A DNA stretch of 64,000 nt from Candidatus Eiseniibacteriota bacterium (GTDB lineage: Bacteria; Eisenbacteria; RBG-16-71-46; CAVPCR01): the NCBI GenBank assembly GCA_963702435.1, contig CAVPCR010000001.1:512001-576000 (forward strand), given 5' to 3'. Below are positions 8,413-18,829 of the stretch, in pieces. The first letter of the stretch is position 1. Every line of letters begins with the position of its first letter. A program made the position numbers and the translations under genes. Under the pieces are notes generated by a model. It was given only the letters and a program-made list of their open reading frames with translations. It made no database searches and was not told the DNA's origin.

Positions 8413-11400
8413 TTTTCACCGTGGAGTCGATGCCGCCGCCGCGGATCCGACAGTGGTAAACCCCGTTCCGGACCGGCGCCCCGGCGTCGTTGCGGCCGTC
8501 CCAGTCCACCTGATTCAGGCCGCTCCGCCCGCCCGGCGTGCCGCCGACGAGCGTCCGGGACCACACGCGGTCCCCGTAGAGCGTGAAGATCTCGATGTCG
8601 ACCGCGGAGTCCTCCGCAAGCAGGTAGGTGATGCGGGTTCCGTCCCTGCCCGGCGCGAAGGGATTGGGAGCGGCGAGCGGACGTTCGTACAGCGTGAGCG
8701 GGGCCGATTCGACGAGACCCGCCGCGAGCACGAACGGCACGGGCTCGCCCGAGATCGGGTCCCGGAGCGCGAGCGCGCCCGGTTCTCCGATCGTCAGCCG
8801 ATAGGTGCCGGCCTCGGCGCTCGCCGCCACCCCCGCGAGGAGCACGTAGGCGCGGGTCTCCTGGCCGGCCAGCGTGTCGGAGAGCGCGAGCGCAGGCGGT
8901 CCAGCGCCGGTCCAGGACGCGACCAGCTCGCCGGACGGCGCGTCGCGGCGGAGCTCGAGACGGGCGAACGTGGCGCCCAGGTCCGCGGCCGAGCGCCCCG
9001 CGAACTCTGCCGCGCCGCCGGTCAGACGCTCCGCCCCGTTCTCCTCGACTGCGAGGCGGGCGAGGGCCGGGACGATCTCCTCGAGGACGACGGCGTGGGC
9101 GGCCGGGGCCGCGTTGGCGACGGTGAAGGAGAGGACCGCGACCGGCGCTCCCCCGCGGAGGAGGGCCGGCGCGGGGATCGCGAGCGGGGCGCCGGCGAGC
9201 TCGGCGGCCACCGCCTGGGTAGCGAGGCCGAGTGCCGCCTCCGGGCGCGCGAGGGCGGCCGGAAGCCCCGTGTTCTCGTCGGGCGGGGCGGCGACCGCGC
9301 GCACGCTGATCGCGAGCGGCGGCGAGCTCTCGGCGGCCGCCACCACGCGCCAGCGCACGGGGTCCCCCACCGTGAAGGAACGCTCGACCGGCTCGCCGGA
9401 TGCGAGGGCCAGCCGGGCGTCACCGAGCGCGATCGCGAGCGTGCCGGCGCCGGGGGCCGCCGCGGTGCCCTCGTTCGTCACCAGGGCCTCGATCGTCACC
9501 TCCTGCCCGGGCAGGGCCACTCCCGACCGCGCATTCACGGGCTCGACGATCGACGCCGCCAGCGCGAGCCGCGCCGCCGCCACGGTCTCGATCGCGACGG
9601 TCGCCCGCCCTGCGGAAACCTGCGCTTCACCGTTGGTATTCAAGTCGAGGGGCACGGCGCTGATCACGACCGCGAACGAATCGCGGGCCGCGGCCGCCGG
9701 CGGCACCACGACCGCGAACGGCACGTCCGCCCCGGCCGTGAAGCGCTGCTCACTCGGGCCGAGGATGCCGTACCCGGCCGGCACCGCGAGCGTGACCGTG
9801 CCGTCGCTCCCGATCGGGGCCTGGCCCTGGTTGTCCACGGTGACCAGGAGGTCGACGAGCGAGCCGCTCGAGGCCACCCCGTCCAGCGTGCCGGCGGGTC
9901 CGTGGAGCGCGAGCCGCGCCGCGAGCGCCGCCTCGGTCGCGATCGCGAGCCGGAGCGTGTCGTCGAGCGCCGGCAGGATCTCGGGGCCGAGTCCGGAGAG
10001 GACGCCGGCGCCGCCCTGGAGCGCCGCCGTGACGAGCGCGCTCCCCGCCGTCCCGGCGGCGACCGCGGCGAGCGCATAGCTCGCGGTGTCGCCGCCCGCG
10101 ATCGCCCCGAGCGGGATGGTGACCGGCGCGGCGAGCCCCGGACCGCTCACGGTGGCGTTGCCGCCGACGACCCCTTCCGCCCGCGGGTTCGCCACCCGGA
10201 GCCGGAGCGGGAGAGGCTGGCCGCGGTTCACGCGCGCCCCGCGCGGCGCCGCGCTCGCGAGCTCGACCACGCGCAGCGCGGCGGCGGTGACCACGCTCAG
10301 CTGGTCGGGCGCGAGATCGATCGCGAAGACCACCGGCTCGCCGTTCCAGTCGGTGCCGTGGAAATCGAGGGCCGGGGTGTGGAGGCCGACGCCCACGCTC
10401 TGGAGCGCGGTCGTGGCGAAGTACAGCGTATCGACGGCTCCGGCGGCAAGTTCTGCGGTCGTCCGCAACATGTCAATCGGGACGACGAGACCGGCCACCT
10501 CGATCACGGTGGCGGCCGCGGGGCGGAGCGCGGCGCCGCCGCGATTCTCGACCGCGGCCTGGAAGGCGACCAGCTGCCCGGCGACCGCGAGCCGCGGCGC
10601 GAGCGTGCCCGGGACGTAGCGGAGGTCGACCGGCGCCTCGACCACGAGCTCGCCGGCGGGCGCCGTCACGACCGGCGTCCCGGGGACCCCGTGCTCGGCC
10701 GCCGCGACCTCGAGCCGCGGCGCGTAGGCCTGGGCGGCGAGGTCGGCCGGCACCGGCTCCTCGGGGAAGGTGAGGGTCACATCCTCGCCGCCGGCGACGA
10801 CCGCGGTCGGCCCGGCGTAGCTCGCGCTGAAGCGATGGACCCCGTCGGTCACTTGGAGCTCGCTCCCGGCGCGGACCTCGACCGGCGCGCCGCCGTCGTT
10901 GGCGAGCCGGAGCCGGAAGGAGGCACGTTGCCCGCGCGTCACCCGGTCCGGGTCGAGGCTCCCGCCCACCCAGCGCAGCACGGCCGGGCTCTCGACGACG
11001 AGCGGCGCGGGCACGGAGAGCGACACCGCCCCCTCGATCCCGTGCTCGCGGGTGAGGACGACGACGGTGAGCGGGATCCCCCCGGGGCCGAGCGCGGGTG
11101 CGATCTCCCCCGGGCCGAAGACGCAATCGGCGCCGGCGCCGGGTCCGATCGTCCGCTCGCCGCCGGCGAGCGCGAGCTCGATCGCGACCGCCCCGCTCAG
11201 ACGGAGGAGCGTGCCCTCGCGCACCGTGATGTCCCCGCCGCCGTTATTGACGATACGAAGTGAAAAGCTGTGGAGCTGGCCGAGCGACACCGAGTCCGGA
11301 GTGACGCTCTGCGTGGCGAGGGCGAGGGCGGCCGGGGCCGCCACGGAGAGCGAGTCCGGGAGCAGGAGCGAGGCCCCGTACGGCGCCCCGTGCTCGAGCC

Positions 11401-14400
11401 CGGAGAGGTCGAGGCGGACCGGCCAGCGCCCGGCCGGATAGCCGGCGGGGACGACGAGGTCGGCGAAGCGGAGCGCGGTCGAGCCGCCGCCCGTGATGTA
11501 CGTGGCCTGGGCGAGGCCGACCGCGAGCGGATTCCCGCCCGGGCCGAAGGTGAGGCGGGTCGCCGCCGGGTCGAGGACCACGCCGGCCATGCCCGCGTTC
11601 GCGACGACCACGCTCGCCGCGTGCGTCTGTCCGCTCGCGACGAGCACCGGAGCGAGGCTCCCCGCGACCGGCGTGACCTGGGCGGCCGTATCCACGATCC
11701 AGGTGTCGGGAACGGCGCCGGTCGCGGCGCGCGGGCCGCCGCCGGTCTGGTAGGCGGCCGTGGCGTCGATCGAGACGGCGCCGAGGCTCGCCAGCGGATC
11801 CACATCCACCGTCACCGTGAAGCTCTCGGTGGCGCGCGGCGCGACGGAGTGCGGGAGCGCCGGGGCGACGCCGCGCTCGGCGTAGGCCGGCGCCGAGAAG
11901 GAGAGGTCGACGCCGGTCACGAGGACCGGGCTCGCGCCCAGGTTCACGACCTCGACCTCGACCTCGACGCCGGTCTGCCCGCGCGCGACGCGCGCGGGGG
12001 CGGTGACCGCACCGAGAACGAGACTGACGACGCCGAAGGCGTCCACATCGCCCGCGATCAGCGTGTCGATGTCCGCGCCGCGGGCATCGCTGCCGCGGAG
12101 CGAGAGGAGCGGCGTGTACTGCCCGGGCGGGAGCGCGGGATCGACCCGCGTCCGCGTGAAGCGGAGCTCGCCCACCTGGCCCGCGGGCACGGTGGCCGGC
12201 GCCGCGAGCGCGCTCGCGTAGGTCACGCCGCCGGGCTCCCCCAGGCGGATCGCGGTCCCGCCGGCCAGGGTGGCCGCGGTCGGGCCCAGGTTCTGGACCA
12301 CGATGCGGAAGTCGATCGTGTCGCCGGGCGCCGCGCTGGCTGGATCGAGCGTGTGCGGCACGAGGGCCAGGCGCACCTGCGGCGCGAAGTGAACGGCGAC
12401 CGTGCCGGCGGCCGTGCCGCCGTCCGGACCCGGACCGCTCGTCGCTGAAATCAACGCGTCGCCGGGAGTTTCTGCGGCCCGCACGCTGACCGCGAAACGC
12501 CCGGCGGCATCCGTCCGGCGCTGGATCCCGGGCGCCGCGCTCTCGTCCACGGCGACGAGAGTCCCGAGCGTCGTCGCCACGGTGACGAAGCGATCGGCGA
12601 CCGCGTTCCCGTGGCGGTCGGTGACCGGACCGCCCGCCACCGGCGCCGCCGAGCGCCCGTCCGCGGTCAGGGTGTCGGGCACGGCGACGAGCGGGATCGG
12701 GCCCGCCGCCGGCGCCGGCACCAGCGTGACGCCGGGGTGCGCGGCCGCGGCCAGGAAACCGGCCGCGTCCGCGGCCGTGACCGTGAACGACCCGGCCCGC
12801 GGATCGCGCACGCGGATCAAGCCCCCGCTCGTCCCGCCGGCGAGGACCAGCGAATCGAGCGGCCCCGCCGACCAGGTGGCCCCGCTGTCCGTCGAGAACC
12901 GCGCGCTCGGCGAGTCGGCGGCCAGGCGCACGCGCGGGGTCGCGCCCGGGTCCTGATTCCCGTAGCTGTCCTCCGCCTCGACGCCGAGCGCGATCGCCGC
13001 GAACGCGGTGTCGGCGATGGGGACGGCCGGCGTGAACACGAGCCGGGTGGCGCCGGCGGCGTTCGTCGTGAGCTCGATGCCGGCGATCGTCCCGGCGCCG
13101 AGCGCGGCCGTCCACGCATCGAGCGAATCGACGCGCCCGGCCGCATCCGGGGCCAGGTAGCGCACGCGGAGGCGACCCTCCGCGTCGGTGCGCCCCGATT
13201 GCGCGGTGGGACCGCCTTCCGTGCCGCCGGGATGGGCGGGATCCGGGGCCAGGGTCCCGTCGGCCGGATCGACGATGGCGATCGTCGCCGCCTCCCCCGC
13301 GACCGCGTTCCCCGCCGCGTCCGCCACCGCGAGCGTGATCCCCTGCTCGCCGCCCGCGGTCACGGGGACCGAGCCCGGCGGCAGGAGCACGGCCGTCGCC
13401 GGCGGACCGGCGACCACGTCGATCGCGGTCTGCTCGCCGCGGAGTCCGGCTGCCGGGTCCTCGGCGGCAACGAGATGCGACCCCGCCGTCATCAGCCGGA
13501 CCGCGTCCGGGAAGAGACGGCGACCCGAGTCGGCGAGACCGAAGGTGTAGGGAGCGGGCAGGAGAACGCCGGGGTGCGGGTCGTCGGTCGCGAACGAGAC
13601 CACGCCCTGGTAGTCGGCGGCCAGATTGCCGAAGGCGTCGAAGACCTCGACCAGGACATCGCTCGGGACACCCGCCGCGAGCGGATCGGCGATCCCGGAC
13701 ACGGCGAGACGCGCGGCGGGACCCGCGAGCACCGTGATCTCGGCCTGTACCCCGGAAATCTGCGGATCGACGCTATCTTCTGCGGAGAGCCGGTGCTCCC
13801 CCGTGGTCGCGAGCACGATCTCGCCCGCGAACAGATGAAACCCCTGGTCAGCGGGCGTGAAGGTGTAGTCGGCGGGGAGCGTCACCCCGCTCCCCTGGTC
13901 GCTCGCCATGAAGCGCACGGTGCCCGCGTAGTCGGCCGCGCGATTCCCGTGCGCGTCGAGCGCCTCGACCCCGACGCTCGCCTGCTCGCCGGCCACGATC
14001 GGATCGAGCACGCCGGCGACGACAAGGCGCGCCGCCGGTCCCGCCACTGTCGAGACGGTGGCGAGGGCGGGGGTGAGCGCGGGCGGGGTCACGTCGCCGT
14101 CGGCGGCGCGGAGCGGCACGGTGCTCCCGGCCATCGTCTCGACGACGGTCAGCGTGACGCCGGCCGAGTCGGCCGGGATGGTCACCTCCGGGCCGGGAAC
14201 GCCGCCCGCGAACACGCGGAGCGTGGGCGACCCCGCGGTGAGGCTCACGAGCTGATCCGCTCCGGGCGGGCTCGGGTTTCCGTACCGGTCGAACACCGCG
14301 AGGTACAGGAACGCCGGCACTCCCGCTTCGAGATCGAGGTTGGCCGGCTCGAAGCTCAGGTAGAGCGCCGGACTCGCGATGACCGAGAGCGCGGGCGACC

Positions 14401-14944
14401 CGAGAGTCAGCGGGACGGGGAACTCCGGTTCGTCGGGATTGCTGGCGACGGCGAACACCGCGGTGGCCGGGGCGTTCGATTGCGCTGCCGCCGCGCCCGC
14501 GGGCGCCGGCACGCCGTAGCTCACGACGAGATGATCGCCCGCGAGCACGCGGTCGCCGGGATCGGCCCCGGCGAAGACCCGGATCTCCTGCCCCACGACG
14601 ACGACCGAGTCGAGGCTCGTCCCCGGGCCGCTCACCTCCACGTGGCCGGGCTCGATCAGCGAACCGGCGACCGGGGCGCTCCAGCCCGCGGGGATCGTGA
14701 CGGTGACCACCCCGCCGCGCACCGGGTGGAAGTCCTCGTGGACCTCGAAGTCGATCGTCCAGCTCCCGGACGAGCCGGCGACGACCGGGTCGGGCGGCGC
14801 GATGGTCGCTGCACCGCTCCCGGGGCCGGCCATGGCGGACCCAGAGGTAGCGAGGACGAGGATCAGGCCGGCGAGCGCGGCGGCCGGGCACGGTCGCCCG
14901 AGCAGGCGCGCGAGAAGCGCGACGCGGCCGGAAGGCGATGCCAT
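8396..14944 (-). CDS. Giant secreted/surface protein (~2,180 aa) with many Ig-like (invasin/CARDB-like) repeats and a C-terminal FlgD-Ig domain
   Basis: Signal peptide; repeated 'VEa.DafGN' Big-type and 'slaP..v..Gq...f...v.N.G' repeats; C-terminal PNPF...ITYLL...IEIFTLYGDRV...WDGRNDAGAPVRNGVY...KIAAIR; alternative start at 15010. Confidence 0.82.
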   Translation of the reverse strand: MASPSGRVALLARLLGRPCPAAALAGLILVLATSGSAMAGPGSGAATIAPPDPVVAGSSGSWTIDFEVHEDFHPVRGGVVTVTIPAGWSAPVAGSLIEPGHVEVSGPGTSLDSVVVVGQEIRVFAGADPGDRVLAGDHLVVSYGVPAPAGAAAAQSNAPATAVFAVASNPDEPEFPVPLTLGSPALSVIASPALYLSFEPANLDLEAGVPAFLYLAVFDRYGNPSPPGADQLVSLTAGSPTLRVFAGGVPGPEVTIPADSAGVTLTVVETMAGSTVPLRAADGDVTPPALTPALATVSTVAGPAARLVVAGVLDPIVAGEQASVGVEALDAHGNRAADYAGTVRFMASDQGSGVTLPADYTFTPADQGFHLFAGEIVLATTGEHRLSAEDSVDPQISGVQAEITVLAGPAARLAVSGIADPLAAGVPSDVLVEVFDAFGNLAADYQGVVSFATDDPHPGVLLPAPYTFGLADSGRRLFPDAVRLMTAGSHLVAAEDPAAGLRGEQTAIDVVAGPPATAVLLPPGSVPVTAGGEQGITLAVADAAGNAVAGEAATIAIVDPADGTLAPDPAHPGGTEGGPTAQSGRTDAEGRLRVRYLAPDAAGRVDSLDAWTAALGAGTIAGIELTTNAAGATRLVFTPAVPIADTAFAAIALGVEAEDSYGNQDPGATPRVRLAADSPSARFSTDSGATWSAGPLDSLVLAGGTSGGLIRVRDPRAGSFTVTAADAAGFLAAAAHPGVTLVPAPAAGPIPLVAVPDTLTADGRSAAPVAGGPVTDRHGNAVADRFVTVATTLGTLVAVDESAAPGIQRRTDAAGRFAVSVRAAETPGDALISATSGPGPDGGTAAGTVAVHFAPQVRLALVPHTLDPASAAPGDTIDFRIVVQNLGPTAATLAGGTAIRLGEPGGVTYASALAAPATVPAGQVGELRFTRTRVDPALPPGQYTPLLSLRGSDARGADIDTLIAGDVDAFGVVSLVLGAVTAPARVARGQTGVEVEVEVVNLGASPVLVTGVDLSFSAPAYAERGVAPALPHSVAPRATESFTVTVDVDPLASLGAVSIDATAAYQTGGGPRAATGAVPDTWIVDTAAQVTPVAGSLAPVLVASGQTHAASVVVANAGMAGVVLDPAATRLTFGPGGNPLAVGLAQATYITGGGSTALRFADLVVPAGYPAGRWPVRLDLSGLEHGAPYGASLLLPDSLSVAAPAALALATQSVTPDSVSLGQLHSFSLRIVNNGGGDITVREGTLLRLSGAVAIELALAGGERTIGPGAGADCVFGPGEIAPALGPGGIPLTVVVLTREHGIEGAVSLSVPAPLVVESPAVLRWVGGSLDPDRVTRGQRASFRLRLANDGGAPVEVRAGSELQVTDGVHRFSASYAGPTAVVAGGEDVTLTFPEEPVPADLAAQAYAPRLEVAAAEHGVPGTPVVTAPAGELVVEAPVDLRYVPGTLAPRLAVAGQLVAFQAAVENRGGAALRPAAATVIEVAGLVVPIDMLRTTAELAAGAVDTLYFATTALQSVGVGLHTPALDFHGTDWNGEPVVFAIDLAPDQLSVVTAAALRVVELASAAPRGARVNRGQPLPLRLRVANPRAEGVVGGNATVSGPGLAAPVTIPLGAIAGGDTASYALAAVAAGTAGSALVTAALQGGAGVLSGLGPEILPALDDTLRLAIATEAALAARLALHGPAGTLDGVASSGSLVDLLVTVDNQGQAPIGSDGTVTLAVPAGYGILGPSEQRFTAGADVPFAVVVPPAAAARDSFAVVISAVPLDLNTNGEAQVSAGRATVAIETVAAARLALAASIVEPVNARSGVALPGQEVTIEALVTNEGTAAAPGAGTLAIALGDARLALASGEPVERSFTVGDPVRWRVVAAAESSPPLAISVRAVAAPPDENTGLPAALARPEAALGLATQAVAAELAGAPLAIPAPALLRGGAPVAVLSFTVANAAPAAHAVVLEEIVPALARLAVEENGAERLTGGAAEFAGRSAADLGATFARLELRRDAPSGELVASWTGAGPPALALSDTLAGQETRAYVLLAGVAASAEAGTYRLTIGEPGALALRDPISGEPVPFVLAAGLVESAPLTLYERPLAAPNPFAPGRDGTRITYLLAEDSAVDIEIFTLYGDRVWSRTLVGGTPGGRSGLNQVDWDGRNDAGAPVRNGVYHCRIRGGGIDSTVKIAAIR

Positions 14945-15217
14945 GCGGCGGCCCCGCGCCGGGCAGGCGCAGGCCGAGGCAGTGCCGGAATGGAAGCGAG
15001 GTCGAAGCATGAACGCGCGGTATCGAGCTCTGGGTCGAGGAACCCCCGGCCGGCCGGCTCTTTGCCATCAGCCTTCCTCAAGGCCATGGCCGGGCTTCAC
15101 TTGGAGGTATCGGCGGGTCCGGGGCGATGCCAAGCGGAATGACGGGCGGGCGGCGGCAGGCGACCACCTGCCCGCTCCCGCGGATCGCCGCGCCTGTCCC
15201 GGAGCGGATCAGCGCGA

Positions 15218-15350
15218 GGAACGGCATGGACCTCTGCGCCGCGATCGCCGGGAACGGCATGGAGGCCTGCGCCGCGATCGCCGGGAACGGCATGGAGGCC
15301 TGCGCCGCGATCGCCGGGAACGGCATGGAGGCCTGCGCCGCGATCGCCGG
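15218..15350. repeat. 33-bp tandem repeat, 4 copies, in a divergent intergenic region
   Basis: Unit ggaacggcatggaggcctgcgccgcgatcgccg; three identical copies plus one variant; no spacers. Confidence 0.92.
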
Positions 15351-15367
15351 TATGTCACCATGGGCCC

Positions 15368-17293
15368 ATGCATCCAGCGCACCGCCGCTTCCTCGCCGCC
15401 CTCGCCCTGCTCGCGGCGCTCGCCGGCGTCCGCTACGCCTGGACGATGGGCATCTCGTTCATCAACGACGACTTCCTGTTCCTCGAACGCGCGCGCCAGG
15501 GGACCTTCACCGCCAACTGGAACAGCGACGACGCGCTCGGCAACGTCTATCGCCCGCTCACCCGGAACCTCTACTTCTGGATCGGGCTCCGCCTCTTCGG
15601 CCGCGAGCCGGGGCCCTACCACGCGGTGAACCTCGCCATCCATGCGGCGGGGATCGTGCTCATGGCCCTGGTCGCGCGCCGGCTGGTGGCGGGCGCCTTC
15701 CGCCTCCCTGCGGGGAGCGCCGGCGCGAGCGGGGCCGGCCTGCTCGCCGCGCTCCTCTTCGCGCTGCATCCGGCCGCCGGCACCCCGGCGTCCTGGGTGT
15801 GCGGCGTGCAGGACCTCCTCGCCGTGGATCTCGCGCTCGCCGCGCTGCTCGCCCATCTCGGCGGCCGCCGCGTCCTCTACGCCCTGTTCTATGCGGGAGC
15901 GCTCCTCTCCAAGGAGACCGGCGCGTTCCTCTTCCCGCTCGTCTTCTTCTGGGACTGGACGGTGGACGGCGTCCCCGTGCGCCGCGCCCTCGTCCGGCAG
16001 CTCCCAGTGGCCGCGCTCTTCGCGGCCTGGCTCGCGCTCAATCCATGGCTGCCGTGGAATGCGCTCGGGCGGACCATCCACTCGCCCGAGCCGGGCCGCG
16101 CGAGCCTCCTCGGTCGCTTCGATCCCGAGACCCTGTGGGTCACGATCCGCGCGCTGTTCCTCGTCGAGCCGGCGGCGGAGATCCGCTGGCCTTACGGCCC
16201 CGCCGCCACCGGGGGACAGGTCCTCCTCGCCGGCGCCGTCCTCGGGATCGCGCTCGGCCTCCTGGGCGGCGGCGACGAGAAGAGCCCCACCCGGAGGGAG
16301 AAGAGCCCCGCCCGCGCGACCGCCGCCCCGCGCCGCGCGCCGCATGCCTTCTTCGCCTTCTTCGCCTTCGCCGTCCTCTGGTCCCTGTCGGCGATCGTGC
16401 CGCTGATCACGGTGGTGAGCCACTTCGTGTACTACGCGTACTATCCGGCGCTCGGGCTCTCGCTCCTCCTCGCGGGTCTCGCCGCCGCTGCGCACCGCCG
16501 CTGGCCGGCGCGCGGCCCGCGGATCGCCACCTCCATCCTCGCCGGCGCCGCGACCGCGGTCCTCCTCGGCGGAGCCGCGCTCGTATATCCGCCCGCGCTC
16601 TGCGATGCCCACAACATCCGCCGCGCCTCGCACCACCTCTGGAACTTCCGGGACGATCTCCGTCGCCATCACCCGGTCCTTCCCGAGAGCGCGCGCGTGT
16701 ACTTCTGGAACATCCCGCCGTGGATCGGCTTCCAGCTCGCCGACGGTCCCGCCCTCCGCGTCTGGTACGGCGACCCGACCCTCAGCGGGCACTTCCTGAG
16801 CGCCTACGCTCCGGATCCGCGGCGGCCCGCCTTCTTCTTCGGGCACGACGACGCCATGCGCCTGGTCGAGATCGTGCGCGGGCTTCCCGATCCGGCGCTC
16901 GCCGCACCGCCGCCCATCTACCAGGCGGCGCACACCGACCTCGGCTCGACCCTGGCCGGAGCCGGCGAGCACGAGGACGCCCTCGTCGAGTGGCGCAAGG
17001 TTTTGCAGGTGGACGCCACTTTCTCCGATGCGGCCGCCAACCTGGGCATGACCCTGTGCCGTCTCGAGCGCTACGCGGAGGCGGTGCCGGCGCTCGAGCT
17101 CGCCGCGCGGCTCGAACCGGCCGCGGCCGATGTGCGCCTCGATCTCGGCCAGGCCCTGCTCGCCCTCGGCCGCTATCGCGAGGCGCTGCCCGCGCTCGAG
17201 GCGACCCTCGCCCTCGCCCCGGACCAGCCCGGGCGGGACCGGATCGCCGCGGCGATCGAGAGCCTGCGGGCGGAGATCGCGCGGGGACGCTGA
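15368..17293 (+). CDS. GT-C-fold (TMTC/ArnT-like) membrane glycosyltransferase with C-terminal TPRs
   Basis: First-loop NDDF, YRPL, YHAVNLAIH, LFALHP, LLSKE motifs; many TM helices; three to four TPRs at the C-terminus. Confidence 0.75.
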   Translation: MHPAHRRFLAALALLAALAGVRYAWTMGISFINDDFLFLERARQGTFTANWNSDDALGNVYRPLTRNLYFWIGLRLFGREPGPYHAVNLAIHAAGIVLMALVARRLVAGAFRLPAGSAGASGAGLLAALLFALHPAAGTPASWVCGVQDLLAVDLALAALLAHLGGRRVLYALFYAGALLSKETGAFLFPLVFFWDWTVDGVPVRRALVRQLPVAALFAAWLALNPWLPWNALGRTIHSPEPGRASLLGRFDPETLWVTIRALFLVEPAAEIRWPYGPAATGGQVLLAGAVLGIALGLLGGGDEKSPTRREKSPARATAAPRRAPHAFFAFFAFAVLWSLSAIVPLITVVSHFVYYAYYPALGLSLLLAGLAAAAHRRWPARGPRIATSILAGAATAVLLGGAALVYPPALCDAHNIRRASHHLWNFRDDLRRHHPVLPESARVYFWNIPPWIGFQLADGPALRVWYGDPTLSGHFLSAYAPDPRRPAFFFGHDDAMRLVEIVRGLPDPALAAPPPIYQAAHTDLGSTLAGAGEHEDALVEWRKVLQVDATFSDAAANLGMTLCRLERYAEAVPALELAARLEPAAADVRLDLGQALLALGRYREALPALEATLALAPDQPGRDRIAAAIESLRAEIARGR

Positions 17294-17327
17294 GGAGGCT
17301 GGCGGCCCCTAGATTTCCGGCGGGCCG

Positions 17328-17909
17328 CTAGATCGCGGGGTGGTGGCCGGCCGCGCGCTCGTCGATGCGGGCCAGCGCATCGAGGAGGAGCGCCTGCGGG
17401 TCGGGCACCGTGATCGACCGTTCGCCGGGAAAGAGGACGCCCGGGGCGAACGCGAAGCGCCCGGCGGGCAGGAGCAGGAGCGCGGCGAGCGTCGAGCGGG
17501 CCTGCGCGGTGAGCGCCCGCTCGAGCGCCGCGGGCGCGAGCGCGCCCGCGGCGACCAGGATGGCGCCGAGCGGCCGCCGGTCGCCGCCGATCTGCGCGGC
17601 GAGCGCCCGCGCGAGCGCGCCGTCCGCGACGGCGCTGCCCGCGGCGAGGAGATGCCCGATCCGCTCCGGGTGCGGCCGCCCGCGCACGCCGACGATCGCT
17701 CCGTCCTCGACCAGGATCACGCCGCGCACGCCGGGAGCGCGCAGGAAGAGGGTACCGGTCGCGCGCGCGAGCGCGAGGAGCTGGCAGACATCGTAGACCC
17801 GGAAAGTGGCAAGGTCTCCGGCCAGGGTCGCCCACCCGCGCGCTGCGTCGCCGCCGGCATCGTGCACCGCCGGCCCGGCAGAGCGCTCCGGTCGCCCGTT
17901 CTCGCTCAT
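17328..17909 (-). CDS. DUF4388 (PatA N-terminal) domain protein
   Basis: LAGDLATFRVYDVCQLLALARATGTLFL, LGAILVAAG, GRFAF, LLLDALARIDE. Confidence 0.8.
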   Translation of the reverse strand: MSENGRPERSAGPAVHDAGGDAARGWATLAGDLATFRVYDVCQLLALARATGTLFLRAPGVRGVILVEDGAIVGVRGRPHPERIGHLLAAGSAVADGALARALAAQIGGDRRPLGAILVAAGALAPAALERALTAQARSTLAALLLLPAGRFAFAPGVLFPGERSITVPDPQALLLDALARIDERAAGHHPAI

Positions 17910-18829
17910 CGGATCCGCCCCACGACGCGCCCCATCGCACGCTCGCGCTCGCTCTGCGGTGCGCGCCGGTTGAGCCAGCCGAGGACGAAGGCCTGCCCGA
18001 TGGTCGCGGCGATGATGAACCCGAGGGCGATCTCGAGCAGCTGCTCGACCTCACCCGCCGGGCTCGCGCCGAGGAGCCCGGCGCCGGCGGCGATCCGGTT
18101 GGCGATCACGAGCAGGATCACGACCGCGGTGAAGAACCCGGTCAGCTTGCCGAAGCGCGTCGGCCGGATGTGCGTTCCGGCGTGCACGAGGTAGAGAACT
18201 GCGGATCCCGCGAGGAGGAGGCCGTAGCGCACGCCGACCGCGACGAGGATCCACGTCGGCAGGATGCCGGCGAGCACGAGCGCGACCACTGCGCTCGAGT
18301 TCCACACGATGTCGACGACCGCGTCCATCACCACTCCGAGCCGCGACACCGGTCCGCGCCGGCGCGCCACGAAGCCGTCCACCACGTCCGAGAACGAGGC
18401 CGCGGCGTAGATCGCGCCGGCCAGCGTGAGCTCCTGTGCCGCGGCCACCACCACGAGCGGCGGCCCGGCCATCCCGCGAAAGAGCGTGAGCGCGTTCGGG
18501 ACGCCGAAGCAGAGGAGCGGGCGCCCGCCGAGATCGGTGAGGAGCCCGAGATGGAAGAGCGCCCAGGCCGCGAAGAAGACGAGGGCGAGCACGCCGGCGA
18601 CGAAGACATGGCGGCCGAGCCCCGGCTGGTCGCCGAGCGCGAGGGCGAGCGCGCAGAGGAGGAGAAGGCCGAACTGGATCGCCCCGTGCGCGGCGAGCGA
18701 GCGCACGGGGGCCGGCCGCGACTCGATCACCTCGCGCACGAGCCGCAGATGACCGTGCACGTAGGCGGCCCAGGCACGCGGGGTGTAGCCCTCGCTCTTG
18801 AGCTCGTCGATCAGCTCGCGTTTGAACAT
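17906..18829 (-). CDS. CDP-alcohol phosphatidyltransferase family protein
   Basis: PNALTLFR and DVVDGFVARRRG..SRLGVVMDAVVD signature; start at MFKRELI. Confidence 0.85.
   Translation of the reverse strand: MFKRELIDELKSEGYTPRAWAAYVHGHLRLVREVIESRPAPVRSLAAHGAIQFGLLLLCALALALGDQPGLGRHVFVAGVLALVFFAAWALFHLGLLTDLGGRPLLCFGVPNALTLFRGMAGPPLVVVAAAQELTLAGAIYAAASFSDVVDGFVARRRGPVSRLGVVMDAVVDIVWNSSAVVALVLAGILPTWILVAVGVRYGLLLAGSAVLYLVHAGTHIRPTRFGKLTGFFTAVVILLVIANRIAAGAGLLGASPAGEVEQLLEIALGFIIAATIGQAFVLGWLNRRAPQSERERAMGRVVGRIR

Noticed and set aside
510..15142. Long plus-strand ORFs (510..3002, 6580..8586, 8363..11263, 12611..15142) and similar ones across the window
   Set aside because: Antisense shadows of real genes, expected at this GC content; Arg/Gly-rich with no motifs
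15218..15350. Possible CRISPR array
   Set aside because: Units are head to tail with no unique spacers, and no cas genes are present
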